DNA of 50,547 bases from a virus. Taxonomy: Duplodnaviria; Caudoviricetes. The stretch is from positions 1 through 50,547 of IMG/VR virus record IMGVR_UViG_3300030329_004012; one strand, written 5' to 3'. Below, in pieces: positions 37,559 to 45,955 of the stretch (its first letter is position 1; each line of letters begins with the position of its first letter). The notes under the pieces were generated by a model that was not told the DNA's origin, did no database searches, and was given only the letters and a program-made list of their open reading frames with translations. Both the position numbers and the translations under genes were made by a program.

Positions 37559-37701
37559 TTACTAGTCCTACATTGTCTAGAATTATGTATTAGCATTTGA
37601 TATAGCCACCAACATCGACCATCATTGGTTGCTTCTAGTATTTTTTTCTTTCTTTTTGCGTTTAGTTTACGCATATATTCCTTCTGACTTGGTCTCTTCA
37701 T
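37555..37701 (-). CDS. Small basic protein, 48 aa (not in ORF track)
   Basis: AGGAG RBS; MKRPSQKEYMRKLNAKRKKKILEATNDGRCWWLYQMLIHNSRQCRTSK*. Confidence 0.6.
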   Translation of the reverse strand: MKRPSQKEYMRKLNAKRKKKILEATNDGRCWWLYQMLIHNSRQCRTSK

Positions 37702-37709
37702 TTTATCTC

Positions 37710-38189
37710 CTAATTAAAAACATCTGATTTTGCTAATTTTCTAAGTATGTAATTTTTTACTTGTTCATCTTGTTTACCTATCCACTTAAGAAATATTTTA
37801 TATTGTTTATCTGTAAGTGGACCTTTCTTAGTATTGCAAGATGCACATATCATTTGAAGGTTTCTCTTGAACGAGCCTCCTCCACTAGATAATGGAAGTT
37901 TATGGTCACATACCATATTAGTAACATCTAGTTTCTTTTTGCAGTATCTGCAAGGTTTACTGTATGCAAAGTATAACATTTGACGTATTTCAGTTAAAGA
38001 TATGTTAAACTCTACTTCATATTCTTTACTTCGTTTTTTTAGTGAAGATTTTAAAGTAGATGATTTCTTCATTAATCTGTGAAACATTCTCTTTGCATGC
38101 GTTCCGTGAGCAGGGAGAAGTTTCTTCATGAATTTCTCCTCCCATACTCTTGGACTACGCGACTTCCGAATGGAATTTTTGGTATTCAT
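37710..38189 (-). CDS. HNH endonuclease
   Basis: CRYC...DHKLPLSSGG...NLQMICASCNTKKG. Confidence 0.9.
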   Translation of the reverse strand: MNTKNSIRKSRSPRVWEEKFMKKLLPAHGTHAKRMFHRLMKKSSTLKSSLKKRSKEYEVEFNISLTEIRQMLYFAYSKPCRYCKKKLDVTNMVCDHKLPLSSGGGSFKRNLQMICASCNTKKGPLTDKQYKIFLKWIGKQDEQVKNYILRKLAKSDVFN

Positions 38190-38199
38190 AACTAGGTTG

Positions 38200-38445
38200 T
38201 TATTTACCTACTTTTTGTCCAGTCGGAGTTTTAACCATTTGGTATCTACCAAAGCCTTTATGTATACCTCTAGTATTCTGGGTTGTGACAATGTCAAAAC
38301 CTTTCTTTCTAAGGTTAAATATAATAGCTGATAGTCTCCAAGCTCCAAATAGTTTAGCTGCTTGTGCTTGATTTAAAGTTTTACCTTTAAGCAAATGCAT
38401 CATAACTTTTTGACTCTTTGAGTTTCTGTTTGGTCTTCTCGGCAT
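38200..38445 (-). CDS. Winged helix-turn-helix DNA-binding protein
   Basis: HLLKGKTLNQAQAAKLFGAWRLSAIIFNLRKKGFDI; probable start MPRRPN at 38445. Confidence 0.8.
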   Translation of the reverse strand: MPRRPNRNSKSQKVMMHLLKGKTLNQAQAAKLFGAWRLSAIIFNLRKKGFDIVTTQNTRGIHKGFGRYQMVKTPTGQKVGK

Positions 38446-38551
38446 TACTTTTTTCCTTTCCCAAATAAATAGCAAACTGAAATTTCCATATCTTTATTAT
38501 CATAGATACGGTATCTATAAGCATACCTTTATTTGAATTAAATGAAATCAT
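38387..38551 (-). CDS. Hypothetical protein, 54 aa (not in ORF track)
   Basis: AGGAG RBS; ATGA coupling with the helicase stop; MISFNSNKGMLIDTVSMIIKIWKFQFAIYLGKEK... Confidence 0.5.
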   Translation of the reverse strand: MISFNSNKGMLIDTVSMIIKIWKFQFAIYLGKEKSNAEKTKQKLKESKSYDAFA

Positions 38552-40323
38552 ACTTTTCTCCTTAATCTAAAGCTTGGCTGCCATTCTAAATCAGTTTTAA
38601 ATAATTCTCCGTCAGTATTCTTTAATACTTCAAGTGTTTTATCTGATGAATTAGCTTGGCCATTTAAGCCTATCACTTTACGAGATGCGTTTTCTATTGC
38701 TCCAGAACCTTTACCAGCATATAAGTCAAGAACTTCGTTTCTAGAATATTCTCTTGAAACTTGGGATACCTGAATTATAATCAAATCATTATTTACAGCC
38801 ATACTTGATAGTGAATGTGATATATATTTAATTTGTTCATACTCTCCTCTAACGTGAGGTGGAGTTTCTACTAAATCAATATAATCAACTACTACTAATG
38901 CTGGTCTTAATTCTTTGACTTTTGCTTGTATTTGTTCTAGATTAGGAGGTATTGTTTGAATGGCCATATGATTTAACTTATCTTTATGTTCAGTATAAAC
39001 TTGTTTAGGATTATCGTTTATCTGTTCTTTAGTTAAGCCTGATACTATTTGCATGTTTCTTCTATGCATATACCAAGCTGATAACTCTAAAGATAAATAC
39101 AATGTAGGTATTTGCCAATCTGGATTTACATCATCATTAAGAAAATCAACTCCTAATGCTATGCACTGAGCTAGTGTAGTTTTACTTGAACCTGTAGGTC
39201 CAAATATAGTTACTAACTCTCCTGGATATATTTCTGTATCCGATTCACTTATACCTAACATTTCAGCTAAAGGTAAAGAACGTCCATCAAAATCTGCTGA
39301 CATTCTTTCTTCTAACTTTTCTTGTAAATCATCTGAACTCATAACGTCTATAAGGTAGTCTTTTCTTTTGAAATGTATGCATCTAGTTTTACAATGCTTT
39401 AACATTATCTCATCTTGACAACCAAATCTATACCCTCTATTGTAAACATACTCAACTTTTTCGACCACACTATTTTCATTTAAACTATTATTGTTCCAAT
39501 GTAAAATAGCAGTTTTAGCATATTCACTAGGTATACCATGTCTGAAGAAATGACTAGCTATTCTAAGTAGCGTTTGGTTTCTAGAGCCCTCTTGGGGCCC
39601 ATTTGACAACATTTCTTGTACACACGGTATAACGTCCTTTGGTTCTACTACTTTTCGTATTTGGGTCATTCTAGGGGCTCTAGTGAGTATTTTGCTTTCT
39701 AGCTCTCCATTTCCTACTAGTTCACTATAAGCATATTCTATCCTTGGTGTTTTAGCTAGTTCTTTAATAGTTTCTGAATCTTTATTTAAGATTTCAGCTA
39801 CTGTTAAAGGTATTTTATGAAGGTTTGTTTTCTTGTTTATTGTATGTTGAATACGATAAATACCTGTCCTCATAAATATACTACTGTCTATTATATCTCC
39901 AAAGATATTCTTAAGAGTCCCTTTTACCAAATAATGGATGTTATCACTATTTGGAAAGTTAAATACACTATTAGGTAAAGCTAAATGATAACCGCTGCCA
40001 CTAAAATATGGCTGAATAGAATAGTTTATATCTACTCCTAGTTCATCTATTTGGTTTATTACATTTCTAGCTTTATTTAATGTGTATTCATCACTATTGT
40101 CAGCTTTGTCTATATCTAATAAAATCCAGTCAATTGCTCTTTCGCCAAAGTAATTCTTTAGCCCACCGTTAGACTCGGCATAGTCTACTGCTTTTTTAGT
40201 ATATAAATAAACTGACCTAAATAAAGGTGTATCGTGATTTATATATTTAACTAAATCTTTCTTTGCAATAAGTCGCCCTCTATTACGAGGGCTACCTACT
40301 GCTATTTCAATATAGTCAAACAC
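38548..40323 (-). CDS. Primase-helicase fusion (AEP primase, Cys-containing PriL/PriCT-like domain, SF4/DnaB-like helicase)
   Basis: LLDID and SGSGYH AEP motifs; EGSRN and several Cys; Walker A GPTGSSKT, Walker B VVVDY, QVSR, GSGAIE. Confidence 0.88.
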   Translation of the reverse strand: MFDYIEIAVGSPRNRGRLIAKKDLVKYINHDTPLFRSVYLYTKKAVDYAESNGGLKNYFGERAIDWILLDIDKADNSDEYTLNKARNVINQIDELGVDINYSIQPYFSGSGYHLALPNSVFNFPNSDNIHYLVKGTLKNIFGDIIDSSIFMRTGIYRIQHTINKKTNLHKIPLTVAEILNKDSETIKELAKTPRIEYAYSELVGNGELESKILTRAPRMTQIRKVVEPKDVIPCVQEMLSNGPQEGSRNQTLLRIASHFFRHGIPSEYAKTAILHWNNNSLNENSVVEKVEYVYNRGYRFGCQDEIMLKHCKTRCIHFKRKDYLIDVMSSDDLQEKLEERMSADFDGRSLPLAEMLGISESDTEIYPGELVTIFGPTGSSKTTLAQCIALGVDFLNDDVNPDWQIPTLYLSLELSAWYMHRRNMQIVSGLTKEQINDNPKQVYTEHKDKLNHMAIQTIPPNLEQIQAKVKELRPALVVVDYIDLVETPPHVRGEYEQIKYISHSLSSMAVNNDLIIIQVSQVSREYSRNEVLDLYAGKGSGAIENASRKVIGLNGQANSSDKTLEVLKNTDGELFKTDLEWQPSFRLRRKV

Positions 40324-40937
40324 TATAAATTTCCGATTCCTTCTGATGACATTTCAACATTTTGAGTTGGAGTAACGTCTTCTTCATTAGCTTCTTTTAA
40401 GAAACTTTTATCTTTAAACCATTTTACATCCGAATCAAGTTGTTTTTTACCATTATCATCATTGGTTTGTATTCTGTGGAATACTCTAGTATAGACTTTG
40501 CCACCTTTTTGTTTAGGTTTTTCTTTATAAACATAAGCAACATAGTTAAAGTCTGGGTCAGTATCTGGTATTACTTCTGATGCGTGTTTTTGATTTAAAT
40601 ATCTTGCAATATCATGAATCTCTTCACCATCTTCAGTTTCCCATTTACCGTCTACTGTTAATCCAGCTTTTTCTCCAATAATGTCAAAGAAATTATACAG
40701 TCTTTTAAGAACTGAGCCACCACTAATTTTACCATTAGTTTTTTCTAAGTCTCCTACTATTCTTAATTGTTTTGTATAATCACTTCCTTTTTGTTTAACT
40801 TCTATATCTAAGTAAATATCAGCCCATTTAAATTCTGAAGACCTATCTTCAAAACCTATAATGGCTATTTCACATATTCCATAAAAGCTATTACTTGACG
40901 AGCTTCCGCTCTCTGGCCTAAATATCGCCATCTTCAC
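40323..40937 (-). CDS. Putative single-stranded DNA-binding protein
   Basis: Between the Sak4-like ATPase and primase-helicase; beta-rich with an acidic tail. Confidence 0.5.
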   Translation of the reverse strand: MKMAIFRPESGSSSSNSFYGICEIAIIGFEDRSSEFKWADIYLDIEVKQKGSDYTKQLRIVGDLEKTNGKISGGSVLKRLYNFFDIIGEKAGLTVDGKWETEDGEEIHDIARYLNQKHASEVIPDTDPDFNYVAYVYKEKPKQKGGKVYTRVFHRIQTNDDNGKKQLDSDVKWFKDKSFLKEANEEDVTPTQNVEMSSEGIGNL

Positions 40938-41103
40938 CTCTTCTTTCTATTCTTATTGTTATTAGGTTATTTTCTACATCGGGATTTAATACAATCTTAT
41001 CTCCAATTTTCCAACCCATTATATCATTCCATACTTCAGGTGGTAAATTAGTGCAATGAGGATTGCTTCTGAGTGTTGATTTAAAACCTTTTATCGTACT
41101 CAT
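40918..41103 (-). CDS. AbrB/SpoVT-like small DNA-binding protein
   Basis: NLPPEV...MGWKIGDKIVL...ITI swapped-hairpin pattern. Confidence 0.6.
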   Translation of the reverse strand: MSTIKGFKSTLRSNPHCTNLPPEVWNDIMGWKIGDKIVLNPDVENNLITIRIERRGEDGDI

Positions 41104-41768
41104 TTCTTACCCTCCTTTTTATATATTTTATCCCATTCAAAAGGTATACATTTACCTCGTAAGTGTTCACATCTACTACCTGCTTCTACAGATTCGTCTG
41201 CTTTAAATGAAATCATTAGTTTATCGTCTTCTCTTAAGACATAACCGATAGCATCACAATCTGACATAATCAGATTCTTCAGCTTACCAGTTATATCTAA
41301 AGATTCAGGTTCAACTAGGGCTTTGCCATCTATGACTGCCCTAGCAACCTTTCTATGTCCAACGATTATTAAATGGTCACAAACATCTCTAAAAGCATTG
41401 ATAGTATTCATTACTTTTTCACGAGCTAACGCATAACCTTTACCAAAAGTTAAATCTGCTATTGATGCAACTTCATACTCTGCACAAACAGCTTTTTCAG
41501 CCCATTCTACTACTTTGTCAATAGTATCTAAAGCTATATATTTAAACTCATGGCCTTCCATAACATCTTTAAGAGTTTGGATTAACTCTTCTCTGTTATT
41601 TACTTCTTGAACGTATGCTTCTAGCATTTGCGTTCCTTTTTCAGTATCTACAATCAAACAGTCCTCTAACTGAGAGAGCATAGTAGTTTTACCTACTTTG
41701 GGTGCTCCATACAGAAGAAGTACCTTCGGATTCAGAGACACTGGTTTGCGTTTCTGTTTCTTTATCAC
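41100..41768 (-). CDS. AAA_24 / Sak4-like ssDNA-annealing ATPase
   Basis: YGAPKVGKTT, DTEKG, IALDTI, IIVGH, CDAIGY. Confidence 0.85.
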   Translation of the reverse strand: MIKKQKRKPVSLNPKVLLLYGAPKVGKTTMLSQLEDCLIVDTEKGTQMLEAYVQEVNNREELIQTLKDVMEGHEFKYIALDTIDKVVEWAEKAVCAEYEVASIADLTFGKGYALAREKVMNTINAFRDVCDHLIIVGHRKVARAVIDGKALVEPESLDITGKLKNLIMSDCDAIGYVLREDDKLMISFKADESVEAGSRCEHLRGKCIPFEWDKIYKKEGKK

Positions 41769-42435
41769 TTGTTTTCTCCATGTTTATTGGTAATACTAGC
41801 CCTTCTTCTTTCGACATATAAGGGGCTAACGACTTCCAAATATACGAATGATAAGACCTTTTATGCAAGACATTAAATGCTTGTGACAACATTATGCCAG
41901 CTACTATATTAGCTGTAAATATTGTATGCTTTGCAGTACAAGGTTCATCCTCTATTTCAGAGCTAGGTTTCCAAGTATTTATGTAGTTATCGTTTAAATA
42001 GTCACAAGTTATGACTTCCATTGACAATGCTCCCATACGTCCATCAACAAGCACTTTTCTATTTCTTTGTCTTGTCCATGTTCTCCATATAATCTTACGT
42101 ATTTCCATGTTATCTGGAGCCATCATCACACAAGGTGATAACGGGTCAAGTGGTCCCCATTGTTTGTGTTCTATTATTTCTGTTGGGCAACCAAAGTATT
42201 TTACTAATTCTTTAGCTGCCTTTGTTTTAGATAAACCTAAAAAACTTTCTGGGTACATAGTTGTACTTAGATTATGTTCTTCAAGTTCATCAAAATCCCA
42301 TAAATGTATCTTTTTAAAGCCCATTATAGAGGCTGCTAGTATTAGGCAAGACCCAACACCACCAGCTCCTATAATAGTAACTTCATTAAGATTCTTTTGC
42401 GAGATTATATCTTTATTGCGTAAGAATCTATTCAT
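41689..42435 (-). CDS. ThiF/E1-like ubiquitin-like-protein activating enzyme
   Basis: IIGAGGVGS Rossmann loop, DFDELEEHNL, DN..IR, DGRMG, candidate catalytic Cys in EPCTAK. Confidence 0.9.
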   Translation of the reverse strand: MNRFLRNKDIISQKNLNEVTIIGAGGVGSCLILAASIMGFKKIHLWDFDELEEHNLSTTMYPESFLGLSKTKAAKELVKYFGCPTEIIEHKQWGPLDPLSPCVMMAPDNMEIRKIIWRTWTRQRNRKVLVDGRMGALSMEVITCDYLNDNYINTWKPSSEIEDEPCTAKHTIFTANIVAGIMLSQAFNVLHKRSYHSYIWKSLAPYMSKEEGLVLPINMEKTSDKETETQTSVSESEGTSSVWSTQSR

Positions 42436-43320
42436 TTATAACCATCCTCCCTCTTCTTTGTTAAAACCTTTTTCAATACAATAATTATCTAGAGCTGTTT
42501 CAGTATCTATAGCTCTTTGTTCTATTAATTCATAATTAGGACTACCTACAGTAACAGACATCCAATTTTCTTCTGCTTTTTTATAGGCTTTTAATAACTT
42601 TTGATACTTTTTATCTTTGATATTCTCATCGTAATCATAGATTTGACCTGTATGTTTTTGTTCTATAACTTTATGTGCATTATTATGAAACAAACCTATT
42701 TGTCTTGGGTCTTGTCTAAAATATCCCATATGCATACCAAAACCACTGTATGTTTTAACTTTCTTTGCCTCTTTCTCTTGCTTTTTAAGGCTTTCTATAC
42801 AATCTTTAAATAAAGATGTTGGTTTATAGTCAGGTACATCTATTATAACTTTAGCATCTTTTGCTTCTGTCATACTTATTTTACCAAATTGGTCTTCCCA
42901 GCTTACAGCAAATGCAAAAGGGCTACCTGTTTCTTGTAAAGCTACAACAAGTGAAGGATAACCTACTTGATTAGCACATTCTTTTAAATGTTCTTTATCA
43001 GTTCCACTAAAGAATGCACCTCCACTTAATGAATGGTGACTATGAATTAAACCTCGATAACATTCCCTTAATTCAGGAAATTTCTTATAAGCTTTATCTA
43101 GAAATTTAATTTCATCTTCTCCACTAAATTCAGTAGCTGCTGTACTGCCTAAGTCAAGTGGGAAAAATGCTTTTAATTCCCATTTAGTAGTCCAGTTTCT
43201 TTTATTTGTTTCTACTTTTTTATAAAATGCTACTCCACTCCATTCTGTATTAGGATATAATCCTAGCAAGTGTTGTATTTGTTTATAAATTAAGCGTGTC
43301 AATTTTAGTTGTATTTTCAT
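42436..43320 (-). CDS. JAB/JAMM metallo-isopeptidase (prokaryotic deubiquitinase-like)
   Basis: N-terminal EWSG Glu plus HSH-x-FSGTD (HSHHSLSGGAFFSGTD) JAMM motif. Confidence 0.88.
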   Translation of the reverse strand: MKIQLKLTRLIYKQIQHLLGLYPNTEWSGVAFYKKVETNKRNWTTKWELKAFFPLDLGSTAATEFSGEDEIKFLDKAYKKFPELRECYRGLIHSHHSLSGGAFFSGTDKEHLKECANQVGYPSLVVALQETGSPFAFAVSWEDQFGKISMTEAKDAKVIIDVPDYKPTSLFKDCIESLKKQEKEAKKVKTYSGFGMHMGYFRQDPRQIGLFHNNAHKVIEQKHTGQIYDYDENIKDKKYQKLLKAYKKAEENWMSVTVGSPNYELIEQRAIDTETALDNYCIEKGFNKEEGGWL

Positions 43321-44812
43321 TTTCTGTGAGCCTCCTTAACTCTTCTTTGTAATGTTCTATTTTCTTATCTTTAAGTATTTTGTTTAATATAGGTATTAGA
43401 TTTCGATATTCTAGTTCAATCTCTTTAATCCTATTTTTCTTATTACATTCTTTATCATTATCAGTAGGTAAGTTTGCAGCTTTAACTAATAAATCATTAA
43501 TTGATATAGGTTCAGAATGTTCTGGTTTTAGTAATTCAAACCAAAGTTTTTGCATATCTTCAAACCTTATCATACCAGAATGTTCATAATCACATTTATC
43601 TCTTATAGATACTAGTTCTTTAGTTAGATTATCTAAAAGAAGTGTTTTTGTTATAATATCATCTTCAAGACTAATATCATCATGTAAATAATATAAATAA
43701 TAGTCAGCACCAATAATTTCTGGATGTTCTTCATATTTAAATGTTTTATGTTTATAAAATTTTAAACTATCTTTAAACTTCATCATTTCTGAAAGAAGAT
43801 TTTTATCATCATCAGAAAAAGTAGGATTATTTTGTTCTTGTCTTTCTAGTCCTATATGATATAATAACTCATGTAATTCTCTAAGTAATACTATTGAATC
43901 ATGGTTATGTTCAAAAGTAAAGTTATTTCTTAGATAAGATTCTATGTTATAAGATAACATATTGCTTCTATAATGAGAGCTACTATTAGGAAAATGTCTA
44001 TTTCCTTCTATATCTCTCCACTGAGTTGATTCAAACATTATTCTAGATAAAGGTTCTGTATCATATGCTTTACATCTAGCTGATGGAAATATTTTTCTTT
44101 TATTAGTAACAAAATCATTTCCAGATTCAATGTCAAATGTAGTTAAGCACGATTCTTTATAATCAAATGTATTAGTTATCATACCTAAACTTAAACTATT
44201 TAATAAATGAGGTTCATCCCATTCAAGATAACTATTAAATTCAAATCTTTCAGGTGTATGATAAGGACTTCGATAATTCCATTTATCTAAGTATAATTTA
44301 AAATTCCACATAAATCCTGTTATATTATAATTAGTTATACTAGCTCTTATTGGAGTTTCGAAACTTGAAAGACAAGGTCTTCCATTCTGAATATGAGGAT
44401 GTTGTGCTGGATAGAACATATCTGCAAATTCTCCAGCAAGCATTATTCTTGATTTAGTTAATACAAGAAAATCCCATTTATTTAGTCCAGAATGAAATAG
44501 TTTTATATAGTAGTCTCCAAATCTAAATATTTTCCTTCTTTTAATTCTTATATCTTTAAATCTAAAGAATAATACATTACTACCTTTTTCTATAGTTTTT
44601 CTAGCATATATTTCATCTTCTTCGCAAGTATACGCATCAATAATTTCAGCATTATCATCTTTTAATATTCTATTTGATAATTCTTCTATATTTTCAGGAG
44701 GAGCTGGATAATTCTCTGCAGCATTTTCTCCTATGTTTTGTTTTATTATTTGTATTGATTCTCTATCACTTTCAAAGATAGTTAATAATACATTTTTTAA
44801 TCTTTCTAACAT
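43283..44812 (-). CDS. Prokaryotic E2-like conjugating enzyme with a long C-terminal extension
   Basis: HPHIQNGRPCL resembles the E2 HPN/H...C signature; sits between Ubl and JAB; GAGGT RBS favours ATG 44812 (MLERLK) over GTG 44851. Confidence 0.72.
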   Translation of the reverse strand: MLERLKNVLLTIFESDRESIQIIKQNIGENAAENYPAPPENIEELSNRILKDDNAEIIDAYTCEEDEIYARKTIEKGSNVLFFRFKDIRIKRRKIFRFGDYYIKLFHSGLNKWDFLVLTKSRIMLAGEFADMFYPAQHPHIQNGRPCLSSFETPIRASITNYNITGFMWNFKLYLDKWNYRSPYHTPERFEFNSYLEWDEPHLLNSLSLGMITNTFDYKESCLTTFDIESGNDFVTNKRKIFPSARCKAYDTEPLSRIMFESTQWRDIEGNRHFPNSSSHYRSNMLSYNIESYLRNNFTFEHNHDSIVLLRELHELLYHIGLERQEQNNPTFSDDDKNLLSEMMKFKDSLKFYKHKTFKYEEHPEIIGADYYLYYLHDDISLEDDIITKTLLLDNLTKELVSIRDKCDYEHSGMIRFEDMQKLWFELLKPEHSEPISINDLLVKAANLPTDNDKECNKKNRIKEIELEYRNLIPILNKILKDKKIEHYKEELRRLTENENTTKIDTLNL

Positions 44813-44833
44813 TGTTACCTCGTTTCTTTGTTT

Positions 44834-44929
44834 ATTAAAAGAGAGCCTCACATATTCCTTTGCCTAACCCAGGCTTAGCGAAGGATTTTTACAAGGACTT
44901 ATAGGACCAGTTATTGGCTCTCTTTTAAT
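44834..44929 (-). ncRNA. Candidate structured RNA between Ubl and E2
   Basis: 14-bp perfect closing stem ATTAAAAGAGAGCC/GGCTCTCTTTTAAT; inner stems UCCUU/AAGGA and CUAA/UUAG. Confidence 0.5.
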
Positions 44930-44949
44930 TGTTAACTTATCTGTTATTA

Positions 44950-45186
44950 CTATCCTGATTTATTACTTTTATTAGCAATTTGAATTGAATCGCCTTCTTC
45001 TATAGTTGTAGAAGGTTCCTCTGATTTAGTATTACCATTCTTATCTTTGAATACTATAACAACATTATTCATTTCAACCATTTCCTTTTGTAATAAATCT
45101 CCTAGATTTGTGTAATCATTTACATTTAAGGTGGCTAGTGCGCCTCCTCTTTTGTATGAATCTAGGAAAAACGTAGCTACACTCAT
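44950..45186 (-). CDS. Ubiquitin-like beta-grasp protein (ThiS/MoaD/Ub-like) ending in Gly
   Basis: 78 aa; TNLGDLL helix, TIEEGDSIQI terminal strand motif, C-terminus NKSG*; AAGGAG RBS; adjacent to E2/JAB/E1. Confidence 0.82.
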   Translation of the reverse strand: MSVATFFLDSYKRGGALATLNVNDYTNLGDLLQKEMVEMNNVVIVFKDKNGNTKSEEPSTTIEEGDSIQIANKSNKSG

Positions 45187-45220
45187 TTAAGTCTCCTTTA
45201 TTGATGTTATTTATTAAGTA

Positions 45221-45258
45221 GACCTGACAAGCAACACCAATATTTAACTTGTCAGGTC
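45221..45258. repeat. 11-bp perfect inverted repeat upstream of the Ubl gene
   Basis: GACCTGACAAG-16 nt-CTTGTCAGGTC. Confidence 0.75.
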
Positions 45259-45955
45259 CTGAGGTAAACTAGGTTGTTCACCTATTAATTTTTTTGATAA
45301 CTCCTGCAACTTCCAGCCAGGCAATGAGTAATTAGCTAGGAAATCATTCGTTTATAGCTCTAAAACGAACTCATCATATTATTATAAAAAAGAGTTTTTA
45401 TGCTGTTATCAATTTTTTGGGAACTTTAATGGTGCTCATTTATCCATATTTCGGTAAATAGCTAATTCACGGAGCTTTTTCATGTTAATTCATGTCGTTC
45501 CCTTGGTACCAAATATTAAAAGAAAGATTACACTCATCCTTTTTTTCAAAGATGACCCTTTTGTACTTTAGTCCATACTTATCTGGTTGCGCATTAGAGT
45601 ACCATATTGATAGTATACCACCGTACTTACCCTACAATCCAGCCTATGTCGTCACATAGCGCCTCATCTTTCTTTAATTATCGTCAAAACTCTCTTATTT
45701 AATTTTTGGCATACATTGCATAATAGACCACTAGTGTCTTAATCTTTCTGCCTTGAGTATGCCAGCCAAGTTTATAGAGGGTCTATAGCATATTACATTA
45801 ATAACCTCTAATTTTTGAGGCTACACTTACAACTGAATGAACCATTACATGTGCGGTATGTAGGAAGTGTGTAAGCATAGCCTCTGTGAGTCTATAAATA
45901 GGACATAAACGCTATGTAATTAGAACTAAAGGATTAGACCGAAAAAGAATAAAAG

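Noticed and set aside
41689-42435. ThiF as an auxiliary thiamine or molybdopterin biosynthesis gene
   Set aside because: No thiG, thiC or moaE nearby; the neighbours are E2-like and JAB genes, which points to conjugation.
42011-42484. 157-aa plus-strand ORF (also 36242-36631, 37005-37322, 42601-42813, 43380-43589)
   Set aside because: Antisense to well-supported - strand genes, with no recognisable motifs.
44890-44915. Twister ribozyme (GGUCC...AAGUCC resemblance on the - strand)
   Set aside because: I could not build the P1/P2/P4 stems and two pseudoknots by eye.
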